Positions 7,762 through 17,196 of a stretch of DNA of 64,000 nt are shown one piece after another. The stretch is taken from contig JAYPVM010000012.1 in the NCBI GenBank assembly GCA_038134595.1, forward strand, positions 1-64,000. The letters are read 5' to 3'. Below the pieces are notes generated by a model. It searched no databases and was not told the DNA's origin. It saw only the letters and a list, made by a program, of their open reading frames with translations. Position numbers and translations under genes: made by a program. Position 1 is the stretch's first letter, and each line of letters begins with the position of its first letter. Origin of the DNA: Pseudomonadota bacterium. GTDB lineage: Bacteria; Bdellovibrionota_C; UBA2361; OMII01.

Positions 7762-8415
7762 TCACCCCTCAAGCAACCACGTTGGATCGGGATACTCGGC
7801 TCGAAGATCTTTAATACCATCTCGATGTCCATAGCCATCAAGCGACTCAAAGTCCTCTTGCTCGTGGGAAGCGATATACTGCCTAGAGAGCTGTTGTACA
7901 TGAAGGTGTGGAAACCACCTGCCGTTAAAAGGCGGGCTCCCAACTTGGGCTAATGCGTCTCCCGTGGAAACCGTATCACCGAGTTTGACAACCGAATTTG
8001 ATAGATGCCCCAATATCAAGTACGGAATCGAATCATCATCTGGTTTGATAATCAGCCTATACCCCCAACCACACGACTCATCTCCATCATCGAAGACATG
8101 TACGATTTGCCCCGAGTACGGAGCAGATATCGGCGTTCCTGCAGGCACATTTACATCAATTCCTAAATGAATGTATCCGCCTGTCTCATCAAGATACGAG
8201 CCTGCAAGCATCACTGACCTATCCTCTAGGTAGCTACCGTACGACCACGAAACACCCAGCCTATGATGCATCGCATCTACGACCCCCTGCATGGCGACTG
8301 GATCAAGTAATGCATCTTTGAACGCATTTGGATTATCTACAAACCACCTACGCGCCTCATCATCGAGGTTAACTACACCTGCATCTGTAATATCAAGAGT
8401 TGGTAGAAGCTTCAT
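7762..8415 (-). CDS. M23-family peptidoglycan DD-metalloendopeptidase
   Basis: 'IHLGIDV' (HxxxD), 'GHLS', 'PHLHVQ' (HxH). Confidence 0.88.
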   Translation of the reverse strand: MKLLPTLDITDAGVVNLDDEARRWFVDNPNAFKDALLDPVAMQGVVDAMHHRLGVSWSYGSYLEDRSVMLAGSYLDETGGYIHLGIDVNVPAGTPISAPYSGQIVHVFDDGDESCGWGYRLIIKPDDDSIPYLILGHLSNSVVKLGDTVSTGDALAQVGSPPFNGRWFPHLHVQQLSRQYIASHEQEDFESLDGYGHRDGIKDLRAEYPDPTWLLEG

Positions 8416-8416
8416 G

Positions 8417-9508
8417 CTATCCTAATTTCTCTAAACTCCGAACGTATGGGAATACACTCGAAGCGTAATATTTAAGCCCAGTAAGGACAACATCTCGTTT
8501 AGATCGCTCGTATAACCGAGCCGCCAACGATGTATCGCCCTCTCCCGGATAGACAGGTGTAGTCTCAGCGTCGCATAACACGGCTCCACCATCGATAGAT
8601 GAGGTTAAAAAGTGAAATGAGGCTCCACCTATTTTGTGGGGCTTTATCTCGACATACTCGCCGTTTGCTTTAGCCCTGCCTTGTGCGTGATCTCTCATGG
8701 CAACATAGGGATTATTCCCAAGCGTTCGATAAGGATTATCCCGATGCGTAATACCTGGATGAGTATTTAACACCCTGCCCGAAAGCCCAAAGTGTTCGTC
8801 ATCGAAGAGGTATTCAATCTTTGCCATGTAGTGGTCAGAGAGTATTACATCAGCATTAGTTTCATCAAAAAAGTCATTCACTGACGACTCAAAATAAAAC
8901 TTTCTCCTCGCTCGTTCTTTGAAATCCCTCAAAGGACACGCCCGGAAATCAGAGGGAATATTTTTACACACCTCTACTGCCCTAGAGCCATCTGGCAAAG
9001 CAAGCTCTCTGTCAAATATCCAGTGCCCTTTCTCCCGGGGGTCAGCAACGTAGTTACTCCTTTGTCGCGAACCACGAAATTTAAAGTCACGCGGCATATC
9101 ATCTGAAACAATCCCAGCGACTTCGACATAGCCATCAAGCTCGCCACCTGGCAGAGATTCCCTAAGTACTGTTTCAATCGTGCCGACAGTCCTGGTCACA
9201 GCTCTGCCACCATTCTGCCCCTTAACCCAACGAAGCTTGCCGACTCTCTCCTCTTTTCCCACGTCTCTAATCGAGGTAAGAAACAAAACCCGAAGAGGAC
9301 GCTCAGGCTTCTGATCCATTTGTACTGTCATATCAGCTGGACCGTAGAGGTCTGTACCAGCACCTATTTGCGATGTAGCTATTTTAGGCAGCGTCGCTGT
9401 AACCAGCTCTGAAAGATTGCTGGGCGTTGCAGCTTTTGTGCCTCCGTGCGCGATTGTGATTTTTTTTGATGGTTGTTGACTCGTATTGTTAATCGCTGTC
9501 TTGCTCAA
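8417..9508 (-). CDS. Divergent N10-formyl-THF-dependent formyltransferase (PurN/Fmt-like fold)
   Basis: 'VLNTHPG' (N-x-H-P) and 'GASFHFLTSSIDGGAVL'; TTG start with AGAGG RBS. Confidence 0.7.
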   Translation of the reverse strand: MSKTAINNTSQQPSKKITIAHGGTKAATPSNLSELVTATLPKIATSQIGAGTDLYGPADMTVQMDQKPERPLRVLFLTSIRDVGKEERVGKLRWVKGQNGGRAVTRTVGTIETVLRESLPGGELDGYVEVAGIVSDDMPRDFKFRGSRQRSNYVADPREKGHWIFDRELALPDGSRAVEVCKNIPSDFRACPLRDFKERARRKFYFESSVNDFFDETNADVILSDHYMAKIEYLFDDEHFGLSGRVLNTHPGITHRDNPYRTLGNNPYVAMRDHAQGRAKANGEYVEIKPHKIGGASFHFLTSSIDGGAVLCDAETTPVYPGEGDTSLAARLYERSKRDVVLTGLKYYASSVFPYVRSLEKLG

Positions 9509-9867
9509 TTACCTCTTTCTCCTACTTCCAAACAACTAGCAACTATTGAGACAAACTCTGAAAAACCCGCCTCGATATTTGCCAACACAGGTAATGCCCA
9601 ACACCCCCAAAAGGGTCTGACTCAAACTTAACTGTCTTTGTGACAGCAACGACTCTGTTAGGGTTCATTAAACAGCGATCTTAGTCAAGGAATCCAACAA
9701 GATAACCTGCTAATTAGCTTGTCCTACACCCATTAAAAAGTCTCGATGCTCTGTATTTCCGACAGTTTATTAAGGTAAGAACTTCCGAGATATTCCCCCA
9801 AGAAATTTTCTCAATACTCAGGCGAGGTTTACTCCACACCGCCAAGCGACTAGAATCTGGAGCCATA

Positions 9868-11034
9868 ATGCAAGAATCCACCACTAACGAATATGACCTC
9901 CTTATCCTCGGAGGCGGCATCTCTGGGCTAGCTGTAGCCGATCTAGCCTCAATCAAAGGGATAAAAACCGGTATAGTAGAAGCCTCACAACCAGGACAGC
10001 AAACCTCCAACAATACCCTTAGAATTATCCACGGCGGATTTCGTTATCTACAACAGCTAAATCTTCCCAGAGTGCTTCAATCACTGCGCGACCAGAACTA
10101 CGTATACAAACGATTTGCTCCCCACGTAACACCACTACCGTGTATTATGCCCCTCTCTAAATGGGGGCTTAAGAGTCGCTACCCTGTCGCTATCGCCAAC
10201 ACCCTCTATGGCACCATGATGCGATGTTTTTCCTCAAACCTTTCTACTCCCAAGATACTATCTGCACCTAAGCTTAAAAATCTCTCGCCAGCTCTTCCCA
10301 TAGACGCCCCACACGGAGCACTTGAGTGGCATGACCTTGTGATGACAAATCCACAAGGTATTACAGATGATTTAGTTTCATCGCTGACAAATAACGGTGC
10401 CATTGTTCATAGCAATACAACAGCTCAATCGATACGCCCCTGCCCCGGCGGGTACGAAGTGCTAACAAACAGTGGAAAGATTCTACGAGCGAAAAAACTC
10501 ATCAATACACTGGGACCCTGGATACAATCGGTTGCAAAACCAGAGACTCTCGCTACGCCTACAAGACAGTGGTGTCAGGGAATTAATATCGTCGTAAACA
10601 AACAGCTTCATCCAACCCACGCCATAGGTCTTCAGAGCAGTGAGGGCCGCTTATTTTTCTGCGTACCGAGAGGAGAACACACAGCAGTGGGTACATGGTA
10701 TGTACCGCACGACGAGCCGACACAAGCCACTGCAACAAGCAAAAACGTTCCCGACGAGGAAACACTTGCAACGTTCTTACATGCCTTTAACCGCACTATT
10801 TCTCGCTATACTGGCTCCACTGTCGGAGAATCCTCGTACTCGCTTTCTTTGACTGACATTATAAGTGTAGACAGCGGAATACTTCCTATGAAGCACGTTG
10901 GCTCTGCGGGGCCGGAGCTATACGGCGATGCAATTCTTACAAAACACGGCTCGTACTGTGAGGTGCTTAGTACTAAATATACGACCTTTTATTCGCAGGC
11001 TGGGCGGATTGTGAGAAGTATTGGAGGGCTTTAA
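9868..11034 (+). CDS. FAD-dependent oxidoreductase, glycerol-3-phosphate dehydrogenase (GlpD)-like
   Basis: 'DLLILGGGISG', 'TSNNTLRIIHGGFRYLQ', 'INTLGPW', 'KYTTF'; shorter than canonical GlpD. Confidence 0.8.
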   Translation: MQESTTNEYDLLILGGGISGLAVADLASIKGIKTGIVEASQPGQQTSNNTLRIIHGGFRYLQQLNLPRVLQSLRDQNYVYKRFAPHVTPLPCIMPLSKWGLKSRYPVAIANTLYGTMMRCFSSNLSTPKILSAPKLKNLSPALPIDAPHGALEWHDLVMTNPQGITDDLVSSLTNNGAIVHSNTTAQSIRPCPGGYEVLTNSGKILRAKKLINTLGPWIQSVAKPETLATPTRQWCQGINIVVNKQLHPTHAIGLQSSEGRLFFCVPRGEHTAVGTWYVPHDEPTQATATSKNVPDEETLATFLHAFNRTISRYTGSTVGESSYSLSLTDIISVDSGILPMKHVGSAGPELYGDAILTKHGSYCEVLSTKYTTFYSQAGRIVRSIGGL

Positions 11035-12935
11035 GCTTTAGAGCTAAACAAGGCACTCGATGCCAACCCTACTCTTGATGGTGAGGGAGTCTCTGTCTCA
11101 ACAGCAGTCGTCACCGTGCTATTACGAGCGATGTCCAAGTTCGGTTCAGGACTACTTTCTGTCACCTGTGTTGCTGCTGGCTCAGCCGTTGGTCCACTGG
11201 AAAGTGACGAACGAAATTCTGTAGGTTTCTCGATACCCTCGCCATGTGCTAGTGCAGTTGCAACAACCGATGGCTGATCGAGGCGGCTACTATCCCAGAC
11301 AGAAAAAGGTCTGTCTCTATCGTCTTTATTGTCTTTCTCTTCCGGAGCTACATTAACAATCGCCGAAAGCTCCTCGTCATAAGTTGCCGCTTCGCGGCGT
11401 CTTCGATGCCAAGCATGGTCACCACCAGGCTCTAAAGCCTTGTCTTCTACTTTCTCATCTAGTGTTTTTGCATCGAACTGAACCAGTGCATCTTCAACAT
11501 CCTCTGCTTTAGAATGCTCCTGTTGCTCTTTTACCTCTTCAGCAGCGCGGTCAACTTCTAAGAAGTGAATTGGCCCATCGTTGTAGTCTAGCGATCCTAG
11601 GGCTTCTGCTTTATCTCCCTGCTTGAAATGATACTTCTCATCGTAGGATACCATCGCAGATCGGATATTCTTATCGAATACATCTTGGCGAACTAAGATA
11701 TCGCCATTTCCTGCCGTTTCAAACCAAAAACCATTTAAGTCACCCAACCGAGTGCCCTCAGCAAATATCTCAGCATGACCAGAGAAGCTTTTACTTGTAT
11801 TTACAAAATCTCCGATAGGATTTGCGCAACGAATCCACGTAACTCCATCGTGCGTCTCAATGCCTTCAGCAACTAATGCATGCCGACTGTGTTGGTGCGT
11901 GCCTGCTGTGTACGCAAGATCTTCAGATGCAAAACTAAACTTTGTATCTATCCACACCTGCTCGCCGTTTTTAAGTTGCTGTTCAACGTACTTATATAGA
12001 GTAGTCTCTTGGGCACCTGTAGCACCCGCTCTAACCGCGTTGCCGTTTCCATCTACATGAATCACAGCATCTCTGCCTGCACACGCCTTCTTCTCGCCAG
12101 TAAGCTTCTCAATCATCTGCGTGTACTGATGCCAGTATGATCCGTCTTGTCGCTCTATAAGAGGCTGTGTCGGACTAGTTTGAGCATCTCCTAACTGCAT
12201 AACACCGTAGAGCATCATAAGTGTTCCCGCTGAGGGAAGCCTACTACGAAGGTCTCTCATCGGACGCTCTGTCATCAATTGTGCTCGATTAAAGAATCCA
12301 TCATGAAGCGTTAATTCAGCACCACTTGCTGTAGTTGCTCTTCCGTGTAACGCCACATCAGTGGCCAAGCGAAGATATTCGCCGTGTGAAATTGTTTTGC
12401 AGGCAGCGGTTGCCGTACACAAAGACTCTCTACCCTGCACTATGGTATCTGAGTTAACAGCGGCTCGAATAATATCTACTAGAAATTCTCTTCGTAGCTT
12501 GTCAAATTCTTCTTGGCCCAACTCTTCCTTAGTTTTACCAAAAAGAGTATCCGCACTCGCTACTTCTGCAAGCCGCTCTAAGAGCTCTGGATTGTTTTTT
12601 AGCGATGGATCGTATTCAAAAGCTTTTAGAAGCTGTTGGACATCTTGTCCCCTATCGGTTCGGGGATCGAGTCTTGCAACGGTCCAAATCTTTGCGACTG
12701 CTTGTTTCTGTTCTTTACTAAGATTAGCTCCTTCAAGAACTTTCGATAGATTTAAATCGCGCCCCTCTGGAATACCGAGTCTGTTGCTGAGCGTTACCTC
12801 AGGATCCTTTTCGTGCGCCTTGGGCGTACGAGCCTCTTGTAGATTCTCCTCTACAATCTCCTGCTGGCGCCTATCAATATCTCGCTGATTTGGCTTTGGT
12901 GCCTGGCGGCTTGTTTCTAGAACTGGCGTGGGCAT
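11031..12935 (-). CDS. Hypothetical protein with papain/calpain-like cysteine protease motifs
   Basis: 'IVQGRESLCTATA' (Q…C), 'RHALVAEG' (H), 'WIRCANPIG' (N) in calpain-like order; acidic low-complexity C-terminus. Confidence 0.55.
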   Translation of the reverse strand: MPTPVLETSRQAPKPNQRDIDRRQQEIVEENLQEARTPKAHEKDPEVTLSNRLGIPEGRDLNLSKVLEGANLSKEQKQAVAKIWTVARLDPRTDRGQDVQQLLKAFEYDPSLKNNPELLERLAEVASADTLFGKTKEELGQEEFDKLRREFLVDIIRAAVNSDTIVQGRESLCTATAACKTISHGEYLRLATDVALHGRATTASGAELTLHDGFFNRAQLMTERPMRDLRSRLPSAGTLMMLYGVMQLGDAQTSPTQPLIERQDGSYWHQYTQMIEKLTGEKKACAGRDAVIHVDGNGNAVRAGATGAQETTLYKYVEQQLKNGEQVWIDTKFSFASEDLAYTAGTHQHSRHALVAEGIETHDGVTWIRCANPIGDFVNTSKSFSGHAEIFAEGTRLGDLNGFWFETAGNGDILVRQDVFDKNIRSAMVSYDEKYHFKQGDKAEALGSLDYNDGPIHFLEVDRAAEEVKEQQEHSKAEDVEDALVQFDAKTLDEKVEDKALEPGGDHAWHRRRREAATYDEELSAIVNVAPEEKDNKDDRDRPFSVWDSSRLDQPSVVATALAHGEGIEKPTEFRSSLSSGPTAEPAATQVTESSPEPNLDIARNSTVTTAVETETPSPSRVGLASSALFSSKA

Positions 12936-13160
12936 AACGGAATAGAAGCTCTTCTAAAATTAAACGCATGCGTATGGCAGAAGGATACCACCTACACACT
13001 CTCTACTCTTGATATGGCGCTTATTTGCTTCAATGTATCGTATGAAACGTATAAATTTCGGCTAAATACGGATTTTCTCTGCAAATAAGCATCGCAGAAC
13101 CCCCAATACGGGTAGCAAAAATCACTAGCTGTTCTTATCTGTCAGTACGAGAATCTACTA

Positions 13161-13781
13161 CTACTCGTAGAACTCAATCTCGTTTAAGTGCACGAAATTA
13201 TCTCTCACAACTCTCAGCACCTCGACCTGACACGTACTACAAACAATTGGCTCCTTGAAAGCAATGGTGGACCATTGGCCGTCTATAATAACGTCTGTCA
13301 CAAAGCGCTTGCCATCTTTGCTTGAAAACGCCCACTTGTAATCAGAATAGGTAGAAAGCACCTTTACACCTTTTAGCTTCCGCGGGGTCTTGAATGCAAA
13401 CGAAACTATGAAAGGATTAGTTCCATCTGACTTCGAAAGCGTGTTCTCAAACTCATCAACTACGTTATTAAAATCCCCTAATCCAGGGATATTCGACGCA
13501 AGAACAAGCTCTCCAGACTCTCTAAGTGCCGTTAGATCAATCCTTTTAGCCCCCTCAGGTATCTTCTGCATACCCGAAACCTCTTCGCCTGGAGCAAGTG
13601 TTGGGCGAACATCGGGAGGAGTGACTGGTTTTGGCTTTGCGATTCGCTGCGGCTCAGATTTACTTTGTGGCGCACCCGAACGTTTTAGTTTAGGAGCTTG
13701 GTCTTCCCATACGTATTCGCAGGCTGAAACAGCAACGCTGATAGAAAGTAAGGCTCCGAGGCCCAGACAGACTTTTCTCAT
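13161..13781 (-). CDS. Exported protein/lipoprotein with C-terminal beta-sandwich (discoidin-like) domain
   Basis: 'MRKVCLGLGALLSISVAVSAC' signal/lipobox, Pro-rich linker, C-terminal 'VHLNEIEFY'. Start placed at the MRK Met. Confidence 0.55.
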   Translation of the reverse strand: MRKVCLGLGALLSISVAVSACEYVWEDQAPKLKRSGAPQSKSEPQRIAKPKPVTPPDVRPTLAPGEEVSGMQKIPEGAKRIDLTALRESGELVLASNIPGLGDFNNVVDEFENTLSKSDGTNPFIVSFAFKTPRKLKGVKVLSTYSDYKWAFSSKDGKRFVTDVIIDGQWSTIAFKEPIVCSTCQVEVLRVVRDNFVHLNEIEFYE

Positions 13782-14158
13782 TTTAATCCTCTCTACAATT
13801 GGACTCAAAGAACGCGGGCAATTTCGCCTCTCACCATCCAAGAAACCGTCTAACGATCGTCTTTCTCAAAAGAATACTAACTCATTGATATAACAGAGCG
13901 CTTGAGATCGCGGTAGGTGTTTTTGAATAAGTAGCTGTATGGAGCTATCTGGAGCTATCGCAAATTTTTTCGAAGAATCGGTGGAAAATCGTAGGATGTG
14001 TAACTATTTGTTTTGACTGCAAATCGGCGCACGCTTACAGAAAAGCTCGGTATCTTCAATGGCTTACAGGCCACAATTAGTACAGCTCGCTATGCCACAT
14101 TACTTTGCAATTTGTGCATATTATAGATACCGAGAAACGATTTTTACAGGAGTTTACT

Positions 14159-14794
14159 ATGACCGGAGCAGTCGCTATCGCACATCCTCAGAAACCAGCC
14201 GCTAAGAGTGTAAGTAAGCAAGATGTCGACACGAGCCGTGATCCATCTCAGCGAGATAGTCTTGAATTAAATGCCGATACGGCTAGCGTGGTTGATCGTG
14301 GAGCATTTAGAAAGAGTTTAATGGACGCGGCCAGCACAACTATTGCTGTTGGAGCTGGTGTCTTTCGCGTAGGCAAAGGAGTTATGGGCGGCGTGTCAGA
14401 AATCGGACAATCCATGGCTATAGGGTGGCTTAAGCAAGACCACTTATCGCTTCCGGGCAAAGCTACTTCAAAGAAGAAAGATGGCGAAAAAGATACATCA
14501 ACTCAAGATTCCATGCAGACAAACTCCGATACAGCTCAGCCAGGTGAGGAGACAAAAAACAATGCGCAGAAACGTGAGGAGGAAGAACTACCAGCATTTG
14601 ATGACAGTCTCTTACAGACGTACGAGGCTACCACAGCAGACGGTCACAGCCCCTCAGAGGCTGTAGAAGCCGCTACATCATCGATACCAACCAGCGATAT
14701 ACTCAGTGCAGATGACGCCCCCTCAACTGACACAGCCGCTGCGGAGCGAGACATAGAAAAACTTCTCGAAACGGTATCGTATACAACAGAATAG
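14159..14794 (+). CDS. Hypothetical protein with acidic low-complexity C-terminus
   Basis: ORF with AGGAG RBS before ATG 14159; no recognisable motif. Confidence 0.6.
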   Translation: MTGAVAIAHPQKPAAKSVSKQDVDTSRDPSQRDSLELNADTASVVDRGAFRKSLMDAASTTIAVGAGVFRVGKGVMGGVSEIGQSMAIGWLKQDHLSLPGKATSKKKDGEKDTSTQDSMQTNSDTAQPGEETKNNAQKREEEELPAFDDSLLQTYEATTADGHSPSEAVEAATSSIPTSDILSADDAPSTDTAAAERDIEKLLETVSYTTE

Positions 14795-14839
14795 TTATAC
14801 ATACAAACCATCAGCAATTAGCACAGTAGGTCTGAAACT

Positions 14840-15865
14840 ATGCGTGAAACCGAAAAATCTCCAGCAAAACCCTCTGAACCGGCACAGCCAAACCTGAGCG
14901 ACCTCACGTTTTCGTTTACTACAGCAGATGTCGATTCTTCGACCTCTTCTGCTACAGTCCCACAAAATCAGGGTCGTAGCCACACAACCAATAGTTCGAC
15001 ACAATCCACTCGCACAACGAGTACAGGTGGTCGATCTAAAAACGATACGGTGCTTAACACTTCGGCCCGATCCACGACGACGACGGCTTCCTCCCCGAAG
15101 CCGGGTTGGTTTTCAAGACTCTGGCGGTCACAAAACCGCGAACTAAAACTACTAGAGCAGAAATTTATGCGGATCTATCCAGAGGGCGAAATTAAGGCAA
15201 CCAAGACCAGTCTTTCATTCAAAGCTGATCGCAATTCTGCTGATTCGCCGTCTTTTTCAACCACTCGCTACAGAGGAGCCTTTGCCAAATGGGGCATACG
15301 AGCCGCTACAACCGCATTATTAAGTGTACCTATCGCCTTTTATACGGGTGCTCTTGCTGTTAGCACCCCCCCTCTTGGGCTCTTAGGCTTTGCGGCTGTC
15401 TGTGGAGTTGGCTATTTCTTCACCACCAAACCTACCCACGAATACAAACTATCCGATCGTGCAATTAAAAACTGTACGGGTTCCAAAGCAGATGTCTGGG
15501 AACACACTACTGCAGATGTACTAGCGGCATGGCGAGTTACGACATCAGCCTCTTCGTGGTCAGGTCAATTCTCACTCAATCCCCTTGTCTGGGGAGAAGT
15601 TGGTAACGACTTAAACACAGAAGTCCTCAAACCGCTGCATGTGGCATTAGATCTCGTGGCAGAATGCAGAAGAAACGAAAAGGAATCGCTAGCAGACTTC
15701 GGCACTCAAAACAATCACGACAACTCAATTTCCATGGCCAGTAGAAACTGGGGGGAATATGAATCAGCCTTCAAACGGAAATATGAGACGCAACAATATC
15801 TCTTTAGAGGACTTGGTCTTCTAACGGGAGGGTACGGGGCATTAACCTTCTTCCCCTCCTTCTAG
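14840..15865 (+). CDS. Hypothetical membrane protein (Ser/Thr-rich N-terminus, ~40-aa bilobed hydrophobic segment)
   Basis: 341-aa ORF; hydrophobic stretch 'AATTALLSVPIAFYTGALAVSTPPLGLLGFAAVCGVGYFF'. Confidence 0.65.
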   Translation: MRETEKSPAKPSEPAQPNLSDLTFSFTTADVDSSTSSATVPQNQGRSHTTNSSTQSTRTTSTGGRSKNDTVLNTSARSTTTTASSPKPGWFSRLWRSQNRELKLLEQKFMRIYPEGEIKATKTSLSFKADRNSADSPSFSTTRYRGAFAKWGIRAATTALLSVPIAFYTGALAVSTPPLGLLGFAAVCGVGYFFTTKPTHEYKLSDRAIKNCTGSKADVWEHTTADVLAAWRVTTSASSWSGQFSLNPLVWGEVGNDLNTEVLKPLHVALDLVAECRRNEKESLADFGTQNNHDNSISMASRNWGEYESAFKRKYETQQYLFRGLGLLTGGYGALTFFPSF

Positions 15866-15913
15866 CGATTTCTACGGCACTTTTAAAGCTATTCAAAAAG
15901 CCTTCGAAAATAT

Positions 15914-15937
15914 CGTACAAAAAATATTTTTTGTACG
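15914..15937. promoter_or_regulatory. Perfect 24-bp palindrome CGTACAAAAAATATTTTTTGTACG (function unknown)
   Basis: Exact reverse complement of itself; intergenic. Confidence 0.5.
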
Positions 15938-17196
15938 CACATACGTGGGCTGACAATATCAAAGGCTAGTCAGCTACTCTCATGGCAGCACCCTCTTTTG
16001 AGGCTTCTGTCGCCCATCAAACCCGTGACGCGAAGGCATTAACAATCTCAACCAGCCAACCGAGATGCTCTTTTTTAGTGGCTTTCTTACCCTATAACGT
16101 AGCTCCAAAAGAACTGTAGCCAACAAATCTTAAGATTAAACAGCTGTCGAAACTCCGGCGGGCCGTTTCCAGTGGGTTGGCGATCGGATGCAATATAAAG
16201 ATTGGCCTTAGCGGTTACGTTCGTCTCCATACTTTGTTGGCACGTGGGAGACACATCACCCCATGATAGATCTCCGGTCTTGCAAGCCTGAATTAGCTCC
16301 GCCGCTACTTAGGATCACAAAAGTGCTGTCCATCAATACTCCCAACGCAACCCCAAGTTTGGTCGGGGCTCTCCGATTTATTGGGAAATCTTTGTTCGAA
16401 TATTGGCTCGTTGCAGTAACTCAATTATGTTTCTGGCAAGTCATTCTTTCAACAGCTCAAGATCCCTGGTAGACCCGCGCCAACCCCACACTATTTTCTC
16501 GACGCGAGGAAATTGAAGTTCCCTGTAAAGCCATACCCTTTGATTTTACACCTAGCTATGCACTGTAGATGGTAAACGCTGGGTACTTCTAGCTCTATTT
16601 CTATATCACCTTACAAACTCAAACTTACTGATCTACACCAGAAGTTTCATTCTATTGAGAATCAACCCCGTCGTGTTTCTTGTGGTAGTCAATTGCCCGA
16701 GGTTCACCCTACACATAGAGCAAAAGTGGAGTAAGAAGCGTCGCACCATCGCACCCGGAACGCTATTTCCACTCATTCCTAGTTTAGGATTATTGGCGCC
16801 AACACTCCAAGCATACACCGGTATTTTTGATTCTGTCCGACATCAACAACGCTTTCGGTATACCGGCCAGATTCAACTCGAAACACAACCCATCAAGAAG
16901 AAGAAGAAGATTCTCTTAAGCAATTTACCTGCAAGATACTCTTAGTTGATAAAGAACATACAACAATTACCTAAAGCCATCACAGACCAGCTACGAGCTG
17001 GCATGCACACCGTTAGCTAGATGGATAGCCTAGAAAGCTTCTGCCCTCCAAAGCTCTCCCAGAACATATATCCGTTCTTTATCTGGCAAAATATGAGCGA
17101 TGGAGGGGCAAATAAAGAGGAGCCTCGTCACCCGCAGTTTGTGACACCAAAGAATAGCAAGGCTATGCGGAGCCAACCAAAGCTCTCTCCAGTTGG

